Source of the DNA: Eledone cirrhosa
Lineage: Eukaryota
Assembly: GCA_964016885.1 (NCBI GenBank)
Contig: OZ024755.1
Coordinates: 43,152,001-43,216,000, forward strand
Reading direction: 5' to 3'
DNA length: 64,000 nt
Shown: positions 38,400 to 51,200 of the stretch, in pieces
Numbering within the stretch: the first letter of the stretch is position 1
Layout: each line of letters opens with the position of its first letter
The notes under the pieces: model-generated
What the model was told of the DNA's origin: nothing
The model's input: only the letters and a program-made list of their open reading frames with translations
Database searches by the model: none
Program-made: the position numbers and the translations under genes

Positions 38400-41300
38400 A
38401 GCTTAGCTTAGGATAGCCTAGCTTAGCTTAGCTTAGGATAGCTTAGCTTAGCTTAGCTTAGGATAGCTTAGCTTAGCTTAGCTTAGGATAGCTTAGCTTA
38501 GCTTAGCTTAGGATAGCTTAGCTTAGCTTAGCTTAGCATAGCTTAGCTTAGCATAGCTTAGCTTAGCTTAGCTTAGGATAGCTTAGCTTAGCTTAGCTTA
38601 GGAGAGCTTAGCTTAGCTTAGCTTAGGATAGCTTAGCTTAGCTTAGCTTAGGAGAGCTTAGCTTAGCTTAGCTTAGGATAGCTTAGCTTAGCTTAGCTTA
38701 GGATAGCTTAGCTTAGCTTAGCTTAGGATAGCTTAGCTTAGCTTAGCTTAGGATAGCTTAGCTTAGCTTAGCTTAGCTTAGGATAGCTTAGCTTAGCTTA
38801 GCTTAGTATAGCTTAGCTTAGCTTAGCTTAGGATAGCTTAGCTTAGGATAGCTTAGCTTAGGATAGCTTAGCTTAAGATAGCTTAGGATAGCTTAGCTTA
38901 GGATAGCTTAGGATAGCTTAGCTTAGGATAGCTTAGCTTAGCTTAGCTTAGGATAGCTTAGCTTAGCTTAGCTTAGGATAGATTAGCTTAGCTTGGCTTA
39001 GGATAGCTTAGCTTAGCTTTGCTTAGGATAGCCTAGCTTAGCTTAGCTTAGGATGGCTTAGCTTAGCTTAGCTTAGGATAGCTTAGCTTAGCTTAGCTTA
39101 GGATAGCTTAGCTTAGTTTAGGATAGCTTAGCTTAGCTTAGCTTAGCTTAGGATAGCTTAGGATAGCTTAGCTTAGGATATCTTAGGATAGCTTAGCTTA
39201 GGATAGCTTAGGATAGCTTAGCTTAGGATAGCTTAGCTTAGGTTAGCTTAGGATAGCTTAGCTTAGGATAGCTTAGGATAGCTTAGCTTAGGATAGCTTA
39301 GGATAGCTTAGCTTAGGATAGCTTAGGAAAGCTTAGCTTAGCTTAGCTTAGGATAGCTTAGCTTAGCTTAGCTTAGGATAGCTTAGCTTAGCTTAGCTTA
39401 GGATAGCTTAGGATAGCTTAGCTTAGGATAGCTTAGCTTAGGTTAGCTTAGCTTAGGATAGCTTAGGATAGCTTAGCTTAGGATAGCTTAGCTTAGGATA
39501 GCTTAGGATAGCTTAGCTTAGCTTAGCATAGGATAGCTTAGCTTAGCTTAGCTTAGGATAGCTTAGCTTAGCTTAGCTTAGCTTAGGATAGCTTAGCTTA
39601 GCTTAGCTTAGGATAGCTTAGGATAGCTTAGCTTAGGATAGTTTAGGATAGCTTAGCTTAGGATAGCTTAGGATAGCTTAGGATAGCTTAGCTTAGGATA
39701 GCTTAGCTTAGGATAGCTTAGCTTAGCTTAGCTTAGGATAGCTTAGCTTAGGATAGCTTAGGATAGCTTAGCTTAGGATAGCTTAGCTTAGGATAGCTTA
39801 GGATAGCTTAGATTAGCTTAGGATAGCTTAGCTTAGCTTAGGATAGCTTAGCTTAGCTTAGGATAGCTTAGCTTAGCTTAGCTTAGGATAGCTTAGGATA
39901 GCTTAGCATAGGAGAGCTTAGCTTAGCTTAGCTTAGGATAGCTTAGCTTAGCTTAGCTTAGCTTAGGATAGCTTAGCTTAACTTAGCTTAGGATAGCTTA
40001 GCTTAGCTTAGCTTAGGATAGCTTAGCTTAGCTTAGCTTAGGATAGCTTAGCTTAGCTTAGGATAGCTTAGCTTAGCTTAGCTTAGGATAGCTTAGCTTA
40101 GCTTAGCTTAGGATAGCTTAGCTTAGCTTAGCTTAGGATAGCTTAGCTTAGCTTAGCTTAGGATAGCTTAGCTTAGCTTAGCTTAGGATAGCTTAGCTTA
40201 GCTTAGCTTAGGATAGCTTAGCTTAGCTTAGCTTAGCATAGCTTAGCTTAGCTTAGCTTAGGATAGCTTAGCTTAGCTTAGCTTAGGAGAGCTTAGCTTA
40301 GCTTAGCTTAGGATAGCTTAGCTTAGCTTAGCTTAGGAGAGCTTAGCTTAGCTTAGCTTAGGATAGCTTAGCTTAGCTTAGCTTAGGATAGCTTAGCTTA
40401 GCTTAGCTTAGGATAGCTTAGCTTAGCTTAGCTTAGGATAGCTTAGCTTAGCTTAGCTTAGCTTAGGATAGCTTAGCTTAGCTTAGCTTAGTATAGCTTA
40501 GCTTAGCTTAGCTTAGGATAGCTTAGCTTAGGATAGCTTAGCTTAGGATAGCTTAGCTTAAGATAGCTTAGGATAGCTTAGCTTAGGATAGCTTAGGATA
40601 GCTTAGCTTAGGATAGCTTAGCTTAGCTTAGCTTAGGATAGCTTAGCTTAGCTTAGCTTAGGATAGATTAGCTTAGCTTGGCTTAGGATAGCTTAGCTTA
40701 GCTTTGCTTAGGATAGCCTAGCTTAGCTTAGCTTAGGATGGCTTAGCTTAGCTTAGCTTAGGATAGCTTAGCTTAGCTTAGCTTAGGATAGCTTAGCTTA
40801 GTTTAGGATAGCTTAGCTTAGCTTAGCTTAGCTTAGGATAGCTTAGGATAGCTTAGCTTAGGATATCTTAGGATAGCTTAGCTTAGGATAGCTTAGGATA
40901 GCTTAGCTTAGGATAGCTTAGCTTAGCTTAGCTTAGCTTAGCTTAGCTTAGCTTAGGATAGATTAGCTTAGCTTGGCTTAGGATAGCTTAGCTTAGCTTT
41001 GCTTAGGATAGCCTAGCTTAGCTTAGCTTAGGATGGCTTAGCTTAGCTTAGCTTAGGATAGCTTAGCTTAGCTTAGCTTAGGATAGCTTAGCTTAGTTTA
41101 GGATAGCTTAGCTTAGCTTAGCTTAGCTTAGGATAGCTTAGGATAGCTTAGCTTAGGATATCTTAGGATAGCTTAGCTTAGGATAGCTTAGGATAGCTTA
41201 GCTTAGGATAGCTTAGCTTAGGTTAGCTTAGGATAGCTTAGCTTAGGATAGCTTAGGATAGCTTAGCTTAGGATAGCTTAGGATAGCTTAGCTTAGGATA

Positions 41301-43450
41301 GCTTAGCTTAGGATAGCTTAGGAAAGCTTAGCTTAGCTTAGCTTAGGATAGCTTAGCTTAGCTTAGCTTAGGATAGCTTAGCTTAGCTTAGCTTAGGATA
41401 GCTTAGGATAGCTTAGCTTAGGATAGCTTAGCTTAGGTTAGCTTAGCTTAGGATAGCTTAGGATAGCTTAGCTTAGGATAGCTTAGCTTAGGATAGCTTA
41501 GGATAGCTTAGCTTAGCTTAGCATAGGATAGCTTAGCTTAGCTTAGCTTAGGATAGCTTAGCTTAGCTTAGCTTAGCTTAGGATAGCTTAGCTTAGCTTA
41601 GCTTAGGATAGCTTAGGATAGCTTAGCTTAGGATAGTTTAGGATAGCTTAGCTTAGGATAGCTTAGGATAGCTTAGGATAGCTTAGCTTAGGATAGCTTA
41701 GCTTAGGATAGCTTAGCTTAGCTTAGCTTAGGATAGCTTAGCTTAGGATAGCTTAGGATAGCTTAGCTTAGGATAGCTTAGCTTAGGATAGCTTAGCTTA
41801 GCTTAGGATAGCTTAGCTTAGCTTAGGATAGCTTAGCTTAGCTTAGGATAGCTTAGCTTAGCTTAGCTTAGGATAGCTTAGGATAGCTTAGCTTAGGAGA
41901 GCTTAGCTTAGCTTAGCTTAGGATAGCTTAGCTTAGCTTAGCTTAGCTTAGGATAGCTTAGCTTAACTTAGCTTAGGATAGCTTAGCTTAGCTTAGCTTA
42001 GGATAGCTTAGCTTAGCTTAGCTTAGGATAGCTTAGGATAGCTTAGGATAGCTTACCTTAGGAGAGCTTAGCTTAGGATAGCTTAGCTTAGGATAGCTTA
42101 GGATAGCTTAGCTTAGGATAGCTTAGCTTAGGATAGCTTAGCTTAGCTTAGCTTAGGATAGCTTAGCTTAGGATAGCTTAGGATAGCTTAGCTTAGGATA
42201 GCTTAGGATAGCTTAGCTTAGGATAGCTTAGCTTAGGATAGCTTAGCTTAGCTTAGCTTAGGATAGCTTAGCTTAGCTTAGCTTAGGATAGATTAGCTTA
42301 GCTTGGCTTAGGATAGCTTAGCTTAGCTTTGCTTAGGATAGCCTAGCTTAGCTTAGCTTAGGATGGCTTAGCTTAGCTTAGCTTAGGATAGCTTAGCTTA
42401 GCTTAGCTTAGGATAGCTTAGCTTAGTTTAGGATAGCTTAGCTTAGCTTAGCTTAGCTTAGGATAGCTTAGGATAGCTTAGCTTAGGATATCTTAGGATA
42501 GCTTAGCTTAGGATAGCTTAGGATAGCTTAGCTTAGGATAGCTTAGCTTAGGTTAGCTTAGGATAGCTTAGCTTAGGATAGCTTAGGATAGCTTAGCTTA
42601 GGATAGCTTAGGATAGCTTAGCTTAGGATAGCTTAGCTTAGGATAGCTTAGGAAAGCTTAGCTTAGCTTAGCTTAGGATAGCTTAGCTTAGCTTAGCTTA
42701 GGATAGCTTAGCTTAGCTTAGCTTAGGATAGCTTAGGATAGCTTAGCTTAGGATAGCTTAGCTTAGGTTAGCTTAGCTTAGGATAGCTTAGGATAGCTTA
42801 GCTTAGGATAGCTTAGCTTAGGATAGCTTAGGATAGCTTAGCTTAGCTTAGCATAGGATAGCTTAGCTTAGCTTAGCTTAGGATAGCTTAGCTTAGCTTA
42901 GCTTAGCTTAGGATAGCTTAGCTTAGCTTAGCTTAGCTTAGGATAGCTTAGCTTAGGATAGTTTAGGATAGCTTAGCTTAGGATAGCTTAGGATAGCTTA
43001 GGATAGCTTAGCTTAGGATAGCTTAGCTTAGGATAGCTTAGCTTAGCTTAGCTTAGGATAGCTTAGCTTAGGATAGCTTAGGATAGCTTAGCTTAGGATA
43101 GCTTAGCTTAGCTTAGGATAGCTTAGCTTAGCTTAGGATAGCTTAGCTTAGCTTAGGATAGCTTAGCTTAGCTTAGCTTAGGAGAGCTTAGCTTAGCTTA
43201 GCTTAGGAGAGCTTAGCTTAGCTTAGCTTAGGATAGCTTAGCTTAACTTAGCTTAGGATAGCTTAGCTTAGCTTAGCTTAGGATAGCTTAGCTTAGCTTA
43301 GCTTAGGATAGCTTAGGATAGCTTAGGATAGCTTACCTTAGGAGAGCTTAGCTTAGGATAGCTTAGCTTAGGATAGCTTAGGATAGCTTAGCTTAGGATA
43401 GCTTAGCTTAGGATAGCTTAGCTTAGCTTAGCTTAGGATAGCTTAGCTTA
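38400..43450 (+). repeat. Local four-fold amplification of the ATTAG-CTTGG-CTTTG-CCTAG-GATGG module
   Basis: Module starts (ATTAG) at 38982, 40667, 40962 and 42292. Offset 1,685: TATAG 38807/40492, CTTAA 38872/40557, GATAT 39177/40862. Confidence 0.87.
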
Positions 43451-46400
43451 GCTTAGCTTAGGATAGCTTAGCTTAGCTTAGCTTAGGATAGCTTAGGATA
43501 GCTTAGCTTAGGATAGCTTAGGATAGCTTAGCTTAGGATAGCTTAGGATAGCTTAGCTTAGGATAGCTTAGGATAGCTTAGCTTAGGATAGCTTAGCTTA
43601 GGATAGCTTAGCTTAGCTTAGCTTAGGATAGCTTAGCTTGGGATAGCTTAGGATAGCTTAGCTTAGGATAGCTTAGGATAGCTTAGCTTAGGATAGATTA
43701 GGATAGCTTAGCTTAGGATAGCTTAGGATAGCTTAGCTTAGGATAGCTTAGCTTAGGATAGCTTAGCTTAGCTTAGCTTAGGATAGCTTAGCTTGGGATA
43801 GCTTAGGATAGCTTAGCTTAGGATAGCTTAGGATAGCTTAGCTTAGCTTAGCTTAGGATAGCTTAGTTTAGCTTAGCTTAGGATAGCTTAGCTTAGCTTA
43901 GGATAGCTTAGCTTAGCTTAGCTTAGGATAGCTTAGCTTAGCTTAGCTTAGGATAGCTTAGCTTAGCTTAGCTTAGGATAGCTTAGCTTAGCATAGCTTA
44001 GCTTAGGATAGCTTAGCTTAGGATAGCTTAGCTTAGGATAGCTTAGGATAGCTTAGCTTAGGATAGCTTAGCTTAGGATAGCTTAGCTTAGCTTAGCTTA
44101 GGATAGCTTAGCTTAGCTTAGGATAGCTTAGCTTAGGATAGCTTAGCTTAGGATAGCTTAGGAAAGCTTAGCTTAGGATAGCTTAGCTTGGCTTAGGATA
44201 GCTTAGCTTAGCTTAGGATAGCTTAGCTTAGCTTAGCTTAGGATAGCTTAGCTTAGCTTAGCTTAGCTTAGGATAGCTTAGCTTAGGATAGCTTAGCTTA
44301 GGATAGCTTAGCTTAAGATAGCTTAGGATAGCTTAGCTTAGGATAGCTTAGGATAGCTTAGCTTAGGATAGCTTAGCTTAGCTTAGCTTAGCTTAGCTTA
44401 GCTTGGCTTAGGATAGCTTAGCTTAGCTTGGCTTAGGATAGCTTAGCTTAGCTTTGCTTAGGATAGCCTAGCTTAGCTTAGCTTAGGATGGCTTAGCTTA
44501 GCTTAGCTTAGGATAGCTTAGCTTAGCTTAGCTTAGGATAGCTTAGCTTAGTTTAGGATAGCTTAGCTTAGCTTAGCTTAGGATAGCTTAGCTTAGCTTG
44601 GCTTAGGATAGCTTAGCTTAGCTTAGCTTAGGATAGCTTAGCTTAGGATAGCTTAGCTTAGGATAGCTTAGGATAGCTTAGCTTAGGATAGCTTAGCTTA
44701 GGATAGCTTAGGACAGCTTAGCTTAGGATAGCTTAGGATAGCTTAGCTTAGGATAGCTTAGGATAGCTTAGCTTAGCTTAGCTTAGGATAGCTTAGCTTA
44801 GCTTAGCTTAGGATAGCTTAGGATAGCTTAGCTTAGGATAGCTTTGGATAGCTTAGCTTAGGATAGCTTAGCTTAGGATAGCTTAGGATATCTTAGCTTA
44901 GGATAGCTTAGCTTAGGATAGCTTAGGATAGTTTAGCTTAGCTTAGGATAGCTTAGCTTAGCTTAGCTTAGGATAGCTTAGCTTAGCTTAGCTTAGGATA
45001 GCTTAGGATAGCTTAGCTTAGGATAGCTTAGCTTAGGATAGCTTAGCTTAGGATAGCTTAGGTTAGCTTAGGATAGCTTAGCTTAGGATAGCTTAGCTTA
45101 GGATAGCTTAGGATAGCTTAGCTTAGCTTAGCTTAGGATAGCTTAGCTTAGCTAAGGATAGCTTAGCTTAGCTTAGGATAGCTTAGCTTAGCTTAGCTTA
45201 GGATAGCTTAGCTTAGCTTAGCTTAGGATAGCTTAGCTTAGCTTAGCTTAGGATAGCTTAGCTTAGGATAGCTTAGCTTAGGATAGCTTAGCTTAGGATA
45301 GCTTAGGATAGCTTAGCTTAGCTTAGCTTAGGATAGCTTAGCTTAGCTTAGCTTAGCTTAGGATAGCTTAGCTTAGCTTAGGATAGCTTAGCTTAGCTTA
45401 GCTTAGGATAGCTTAGCTTAGGATAGCTTAGGATAGCTTAGCTTAGCTTAGCTTAGCTTAGCTTAGCTTAGCTTAGGATAGCTTAGCTTAGCTTAGCTTA
45501 GGATAGCTTAGCTTAGCTTAGCTTAGGATAGCTTAGCTTAGCTTAGGATAGCTTAGCTTAGCTTAGCTTAGGATAGCTTAGCTTAGCTTAGCTTACGATA
45601 GCTTAGCTTAGCTTAGCTTAGGATAGCTTAGCTTAGCTTAGCTTAGGATAGCTTAGCTTAGCTTAGCTTAGCATAGCTTAGCTTAGCTTAGCTTAGGATA
45701 GCTTAGCTTAGCTTAGCTTAGGATAGCTTAGCTTAGGATAGCTTAGCTTAGGATAGCTTAGCTTAGGATAGCTTAGGATAGCTTAGTTTAGCTTAGCTTA
45801 GGATAGCTTAGCTTAGCTTAGGATAGCTTAGCTTAGCTTAGCTTAGGATAGCTTAGCTTAGCTTAGGATAGCTTAGGATAGCTTAGCTTAGGATAGCTTA
45901 GGATAGCTTAGCTTAGGATAGCTTAGCTTAGGATAGCTTAGCTTAGGATAGCTTAGGATAGCTTAGCTTATCTTAGGATAGCTTAGGATAGCTTAGCTTA
46001 GGATAGCTTAGGATAGCTTAGCTTAGCTTAGCTTAGGATAGCTTAGCTTAGCTTAGCTTTGGATAGCTTAGCTTAGCTTAGCTTAGGATAGCTTAGCTTA
46101 GCTTAGCTTAGCTTAGGATAGCTTAGGATAGCTTAGCTTAGGTTAGCTTAGGATAGCTTAGCTTAGGATAGCTTAGGATAGCTTAGGATAGCTTAGCTTG
46201 GGATAGCTTAGCTTAGGACAGCTTAGCTTAGCTTAGCTTAGGATAGCTTAGCTTGGGATAGCTTAGGATAGCTTAGCTTAGGATAGCTTAGCTTAGCTTA
46301 GCTTAGGATAGCTTAGCTTAGCTTAGCTTAGGAGAGCTTAGCTTAGCTTAGGATAGCTTAGCTTAGGATAGCTTAGCTTAGCTTAGCTTAGGATAGCTTA

Positions 46401-48299
46401 GCTTAGCTTAGGATAGCTTAGCTTAGCTTAGCTTAGGATAGCTTAGCTTAGCTTAGGATAGCTTAGCTTAGGATAGCTTAGCTTAGGATAGCTTAGCTTA
46501 GGATAGCTTAGGATAGCTTAGCTTAGGATAGCTTAGCTTAGGATAGCTTAGGATAGCTTAGCTTAGGATAGCTTAGCTTAGCTTAGCTTAGGATAGCTTA
46601 GCTTAGCTTAGCTTAGGATAGCTTAGCTTAGGATAGCTTAGGATAGCTTAGCTTAGCTTAGCTTAGGATAGCTTAGCTTAGCTTAGCTTAGGATAGCTTA
46701 GCTTAGCTTAGCTCAGGATAGCTTAGCTTGGGATAGCTTATCTTAGCTTAGCTTAGGATAGCTTAGCTTAGGATAGCTTAGCTTAGCTTAGCTTAGGATA
46801 GCTTAGCTTAGCTTGGCTTAGGATAGCTTAGCTTAGCTTAGGATAGCCTAGCTTAGCTTAGCTTAGGATGGCTTAGCTTAGCTTAGCTTAGGATAGCTTA
46901 GCTTAGTTTAGGATAGCTTAGCTTAGCTTAGCTTAGGATAGCTTAGGATAGCTTAGCTTAGGATGGCTTAGGATAGCTTAGCTTAGGATAGCTTAGGTTA
47001 GCTTAGCTTAGGATAGCTTAGCTTAGGATAGCTTAGCTTAGGATAGCTTAGGATAGCTTAGCTTAGGATAGCTTAGCTTAGGATAGCTTAGGAAAGCTTA
47101 GCTTAGCTTAGCTTAGGATAGCTTAGCTTAGCTTAGCTTAGGATAGCTTAGCTTAGCTTAGCTTAGGATAGCTTAGCTTAGCTTAGCTTAGGATAGCTTA
47201 GGATAGCTTAGCTTAGGTTAGCTTAGCTTAGGATAGCTTAGGATAGCTTAGCTTAGGATAGCTTAGGATAGCTTAGCTTAGGATAGCTTAGGATAGCTTA
47301 GCTTAGCTTAGCTTAGGATAGCTTAGCTTAGCTTAGCTTAGGATAGCTTAGCTTAGCTTAGCTTAGCTTAGGATAGCTTAGCTTAGCTTAGCTTAGGATA
47401 GCTTAGCTTAGCTTAGCTTAGGATAGCTTAGGATAGCTTAGCTTAGGATAGTTTAGGATAGCTTAGCTTAGGTTAGCTTAGGATAGCTTAGCTTAGGATA
47501 GCTTAGGATAGCTTAGCTTAGGATAGCTTAGCTTAGGATAGCTTAGCTTAGCTTAGCTTAGGATAGCTTAGCTTAGGATAGCTTAGGATAGCTTAGCTTA
47601 GGATAGCTTAGCTTAGGATAGCTTAGGATAGCTTAGCTTAGCTTAGCTTAGCTTAGGATAGCTTAGCTTAGGATAGCTTAGCTTAGCTTAGGATAGCTTA
47701 GCTTAGCTTAGCTTAGCTTAGGATAGATTAGGATAGCTTAGCTTAGGATAGCTTAGCTTAGGATAGCTTAGCTTAGCTTAGCTTAGGATAGCTTAGCTTA
47801 GCTTAGCTTAGGATAGCTTAGCTTAGGATAGCTTAGCTTAGCTTAGCTTAGGATAGCTTAGCTTAGCTTAGCTTAGGATAGCTTAGCTTAGCTTAGCTTA
47901 GGATAGCTTAGCTTAGCTTAGCTTAGGATAGCTTAGCTTAGCTTAGCTTAGGATAGCTTAGCTTAGCTTAGCTTAGCTTAGAATAGCTTAGCTTAGGATA
48001 GCTTAGCTTAGGATAGCTTAGCTTAGGATAGCTTAGGATAGCTTAGCTTAGCTTAGCTTAGGATAGCTTAGCTTAGCTTAGGATAGCTTAGCTTAGGATA
48101 GCTTAGGAAAGCTTAGCTTAGGATAGCTTAGCTTGGCTTAGGATAGCTTAGCTTAGCTTAGCTTAGGATAGCTTAGCTTAGCTTAGCTTAGGATAGCTTA
48201 GCTTAGCTTAGCTTAGGATAGCTTAGCTTAGTTTAGGATAGCTTAGCTTAGCTTAGCTTAGGATAGCTTAGGATAGCTTAGCTTAGGATAGCTTAGGAT

Positions 48300-51200
48300 A
48301 GCTTAGCTTAGGATAGCTTAGGATAGCATAGGTTAGGATAGCTTAGCTTAGGATAGCTTAGGATAGCTTAGGATAGCTTAGCTTAGGATAGCTTAGCTTA
48401 GGATAGCTTAGGAAAGCTTAGCTTAGCTTAGCTTAGGATAGCTTAGCTTAGCTTAGCTTAGGATAGCTTAGCTTAGCTTAGCTTAGGATAGCTTAGGATA
48501 GCTTAGCTTAGGATAGCTTAGGATAGCTTAGGATAGCTTAGCTTAGGATAGCTTAGCTTAGGATAGCTTAGCTTAGGATAGCTTAGGATAGCTTAGCTTA
48601 GCTTAGCTTAGGATAGCTTAGGATAGCTTAGCTTAGCTTAGCTTAGCTTAGGATAGCTTAGCTTAGCTTAGGATAGCTTAGGATAGCTTAGCTTAGGATA
48701 GCTTAGGATAGCTTAGCTTAGGATAGCTTAGCTTAGGATAGATTAGCTTAGCTTAGCTTAGGATAGCTTAGCTTAGCTTAGCTTAGGATAGCTTAGCTTA
48801 GCTTAGGATAGCTTAGCTTAGCTTAGCTTAGGATAGCTTAGCTTAGCTTAGCTTAGGATAGCTTAGCTTAGCTTAGGATAGCTTAGCTTAGCTTAGCTTA
48901 GCTTAGCTTAGCTTAGGATAGCTTAGCTTAGCTTAGCTTAGGATAGCTTAGCTTAGCTTAGCTTAGGATAGCTTAGCTTAGGATAGCTTAGCTTAGGATA
49001 GCTTAGCTTAGGTTAGCTTAGCTTAGCTTAGCTTAGGATAGCTTAGGATAGCTTAGCTTAGGATAGCTTAGCTTAGCTTAGCATAGCTTAGCTTAGCTTA
49101 GCTTAGGATAGCTTAGCTTAGCTTAGCTTAGCTTAGGATAGCTTAGCTTAGCTTAGCTTAGGATTGCTTAGCTTAGCTTAGCTTAGGATAGCTTAGCTTA
49201 GCTTAGCTTAGGATAGCTTAGCTTAGCTTAGGATAGCTTAGCTTAGCTTAGGATAGCTTAGCTTAGCTTAGCTTAGCTTAGGATAGCTTAGCTTAGCTTA
49301 GCTTAGGATAGCTTAGGATAGCTTAGGATAGCTTAGCTTAGCTTAGGATAGCTTAGCTTAGCTTAGGATAGCTTAGCTTAGCTTAGCTTAGGATAGCTTA
49401 GCTTAGCTTAGCTTAGGATAGCTTAGCTTAGCTTAGCTTAGGATAGCTTAGGATAGCTTAGGATAGCTTAGCTTAGCTTAGCTTAGGATAGCTTAGCTTA
49501 GCTTAGGATAGCTTAGCTTAGCTTAGCTTAGGATAGATTAGCTTAGCTTAGCTTAGGATAGATTAGCTTAGCTTAGCTTAGGATAGATTAGCTTAGCTTA
49601 GGATAGCTTAGCTTAGCTTAGCTTAGGAAAGCTTAGCTTAGCTTAGGATAGCTTAGCTTAGCTTAGCTTAGCTTAGCTTAGCTTAGCTTAGGTAGCTTAG
49701 CTTAGCTTAGCTTAGGATAGCTTAGCTTAGCTTAGCTTAGCTTAGCTTAGCTTAGGATAGCTTAGCTTAGCTTAGCTTAGGAGAGCTTAGCTTAGCTTAG
49801 CTTAGGATAGCTTAGGATAGCTTAGCTTAGGATAGCTTAGGATAGCTTACCTTAGGAGAGCTTAGCTTAGGATAGCTTAGCTTAGGATAGCTTAGGATAG
49901 CTTAGCTTAGGATAGCTTAGCTTAGGATAGCTTAGCTTAGGATAGCTTAGCTTAGCTTAGCTTAGGATAGCTTAGCTTAGCTTAGCTTAGGATAGCTTAG
50001 CTTAGGTTAGCTTAGCTTAGCTTAGCTTAGCTTAGGATAGCTTAGCTTAGGATAGCTTAGCTTAGCTTAGCTTAGGATAGCTTAGCTTAGCTTAGCTTAG
50101 GATAGCTTAGCTTAGCTTAGCTTAGGATAGCTTAGCTTAGCTTAGGATAGCTTAGCTTAGCTTAGCTTAGGATAGCTTAGCTTAGCTTAGGATAGCTTAG
50201 CTTAGCTTAGCTTAGGATAGCTTAGCTTAGCTTAGCTTAGGATAGCTTAGCTTAGCTTAGCTTAGGATAGCTTAGGATAGCTTAGCTTAGCTTAGGATAG
50301 CTTAGCTTAGCTTAGCTTAGCTTAGGATAGCTTAGCTTAGCTTAGCTTAGGATAGCTTAGCTTAGCTTAGCTTAGGATAGCTTAGCTTAGCTTAGCTTAG
50401 GATAGATTAGCTTAGCTTAGGATAGCTTAGCTTAGCTTAGCTTAGAATAGCTTAGGATAGCTTAGCTTAGGATAGCTTAGGATAGCTTAGGTTAGGATAG
50501 CTTAGCTTAGGATAGCTTAGGATAGCTTAGCTTAGGATAGCTTAGGATAGCTTAGCTTAGGATAGCTTAGGATAGCTTAGCTTAGGATAGCTTAGCTTAG
50601 GATAGCTTAGGAAAGCTTAGCTTAGCTTAGCTTAGGATAGCTTAGCTTAGCTTAGCTTAGGATAGCTTAGCTTAGCTTAGCTTAGGATAGCTTAGGATAG
50701 CTTAGCTTAGGATAGCTTAGGATAGCTTAGCTTAGGATAGCTTAGCTTAGGATAGCTTAGCTTAGGATAGCTTAGGATATCTTAGCTTAGGATAGCTTAG
50801 GATAGCTTAGCTTAGGATAGCTTAGCTTAGGATAGCTTAGGATAGCTTAGCTTAGCTTAGCTTAGGATAGCTTAGCTTAGCTTAGCTTAGGATAGCTTAG
50901 CTTAGCTTAGCTTAGCTTAGGATAGCTTAGCTTAGCTTAGGATAGCTTAGGATAGCTTAGCTTAGGATAGCTTAGGATAGCTTAGCTTAGGATAGCTTAG
51001 GATAGCTTAGCTTAGAATAGCTTAGGATAGCTTAGCTTAGGATAGCTTAGCTTAGGATAGCTTAGCTTAGCTTAGCTTAGGATAGCTTAGCTTAGGATAG
51101 CTTAGGATAGCTTAGCTTAGGATAGCTTAGGATAGCTTAGCTTAGGATAGCTTAGCTTAGGATAGCTTAGGATAGCTTAGCTTAGCTTAGCTTAGGATAG

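Larger units (their letters stand above)
1..47000 (+). repeat. Large colinear direct duplication inside the array: copy 1 about 1-29,000, copy 2 about 32,100-47,000; boundaries approximate
   Basis: Seven markers share an offset of exactly 32,112: GAAAG 186/32298, TTTAG 256/32368, CTTTG 296/32408, GATAA-ATTAG 316/32428, TTTAG 341/32453, CTAAG 456/32568, CTTGG 511/32623. Later markers stay in order with changing offsets: GATTG 1436/33463, GATAA-TTTAG 17055/36667, GACAG 20709/44712, CTTAC-GATAG 27814/45592. Confidence 0.85.
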
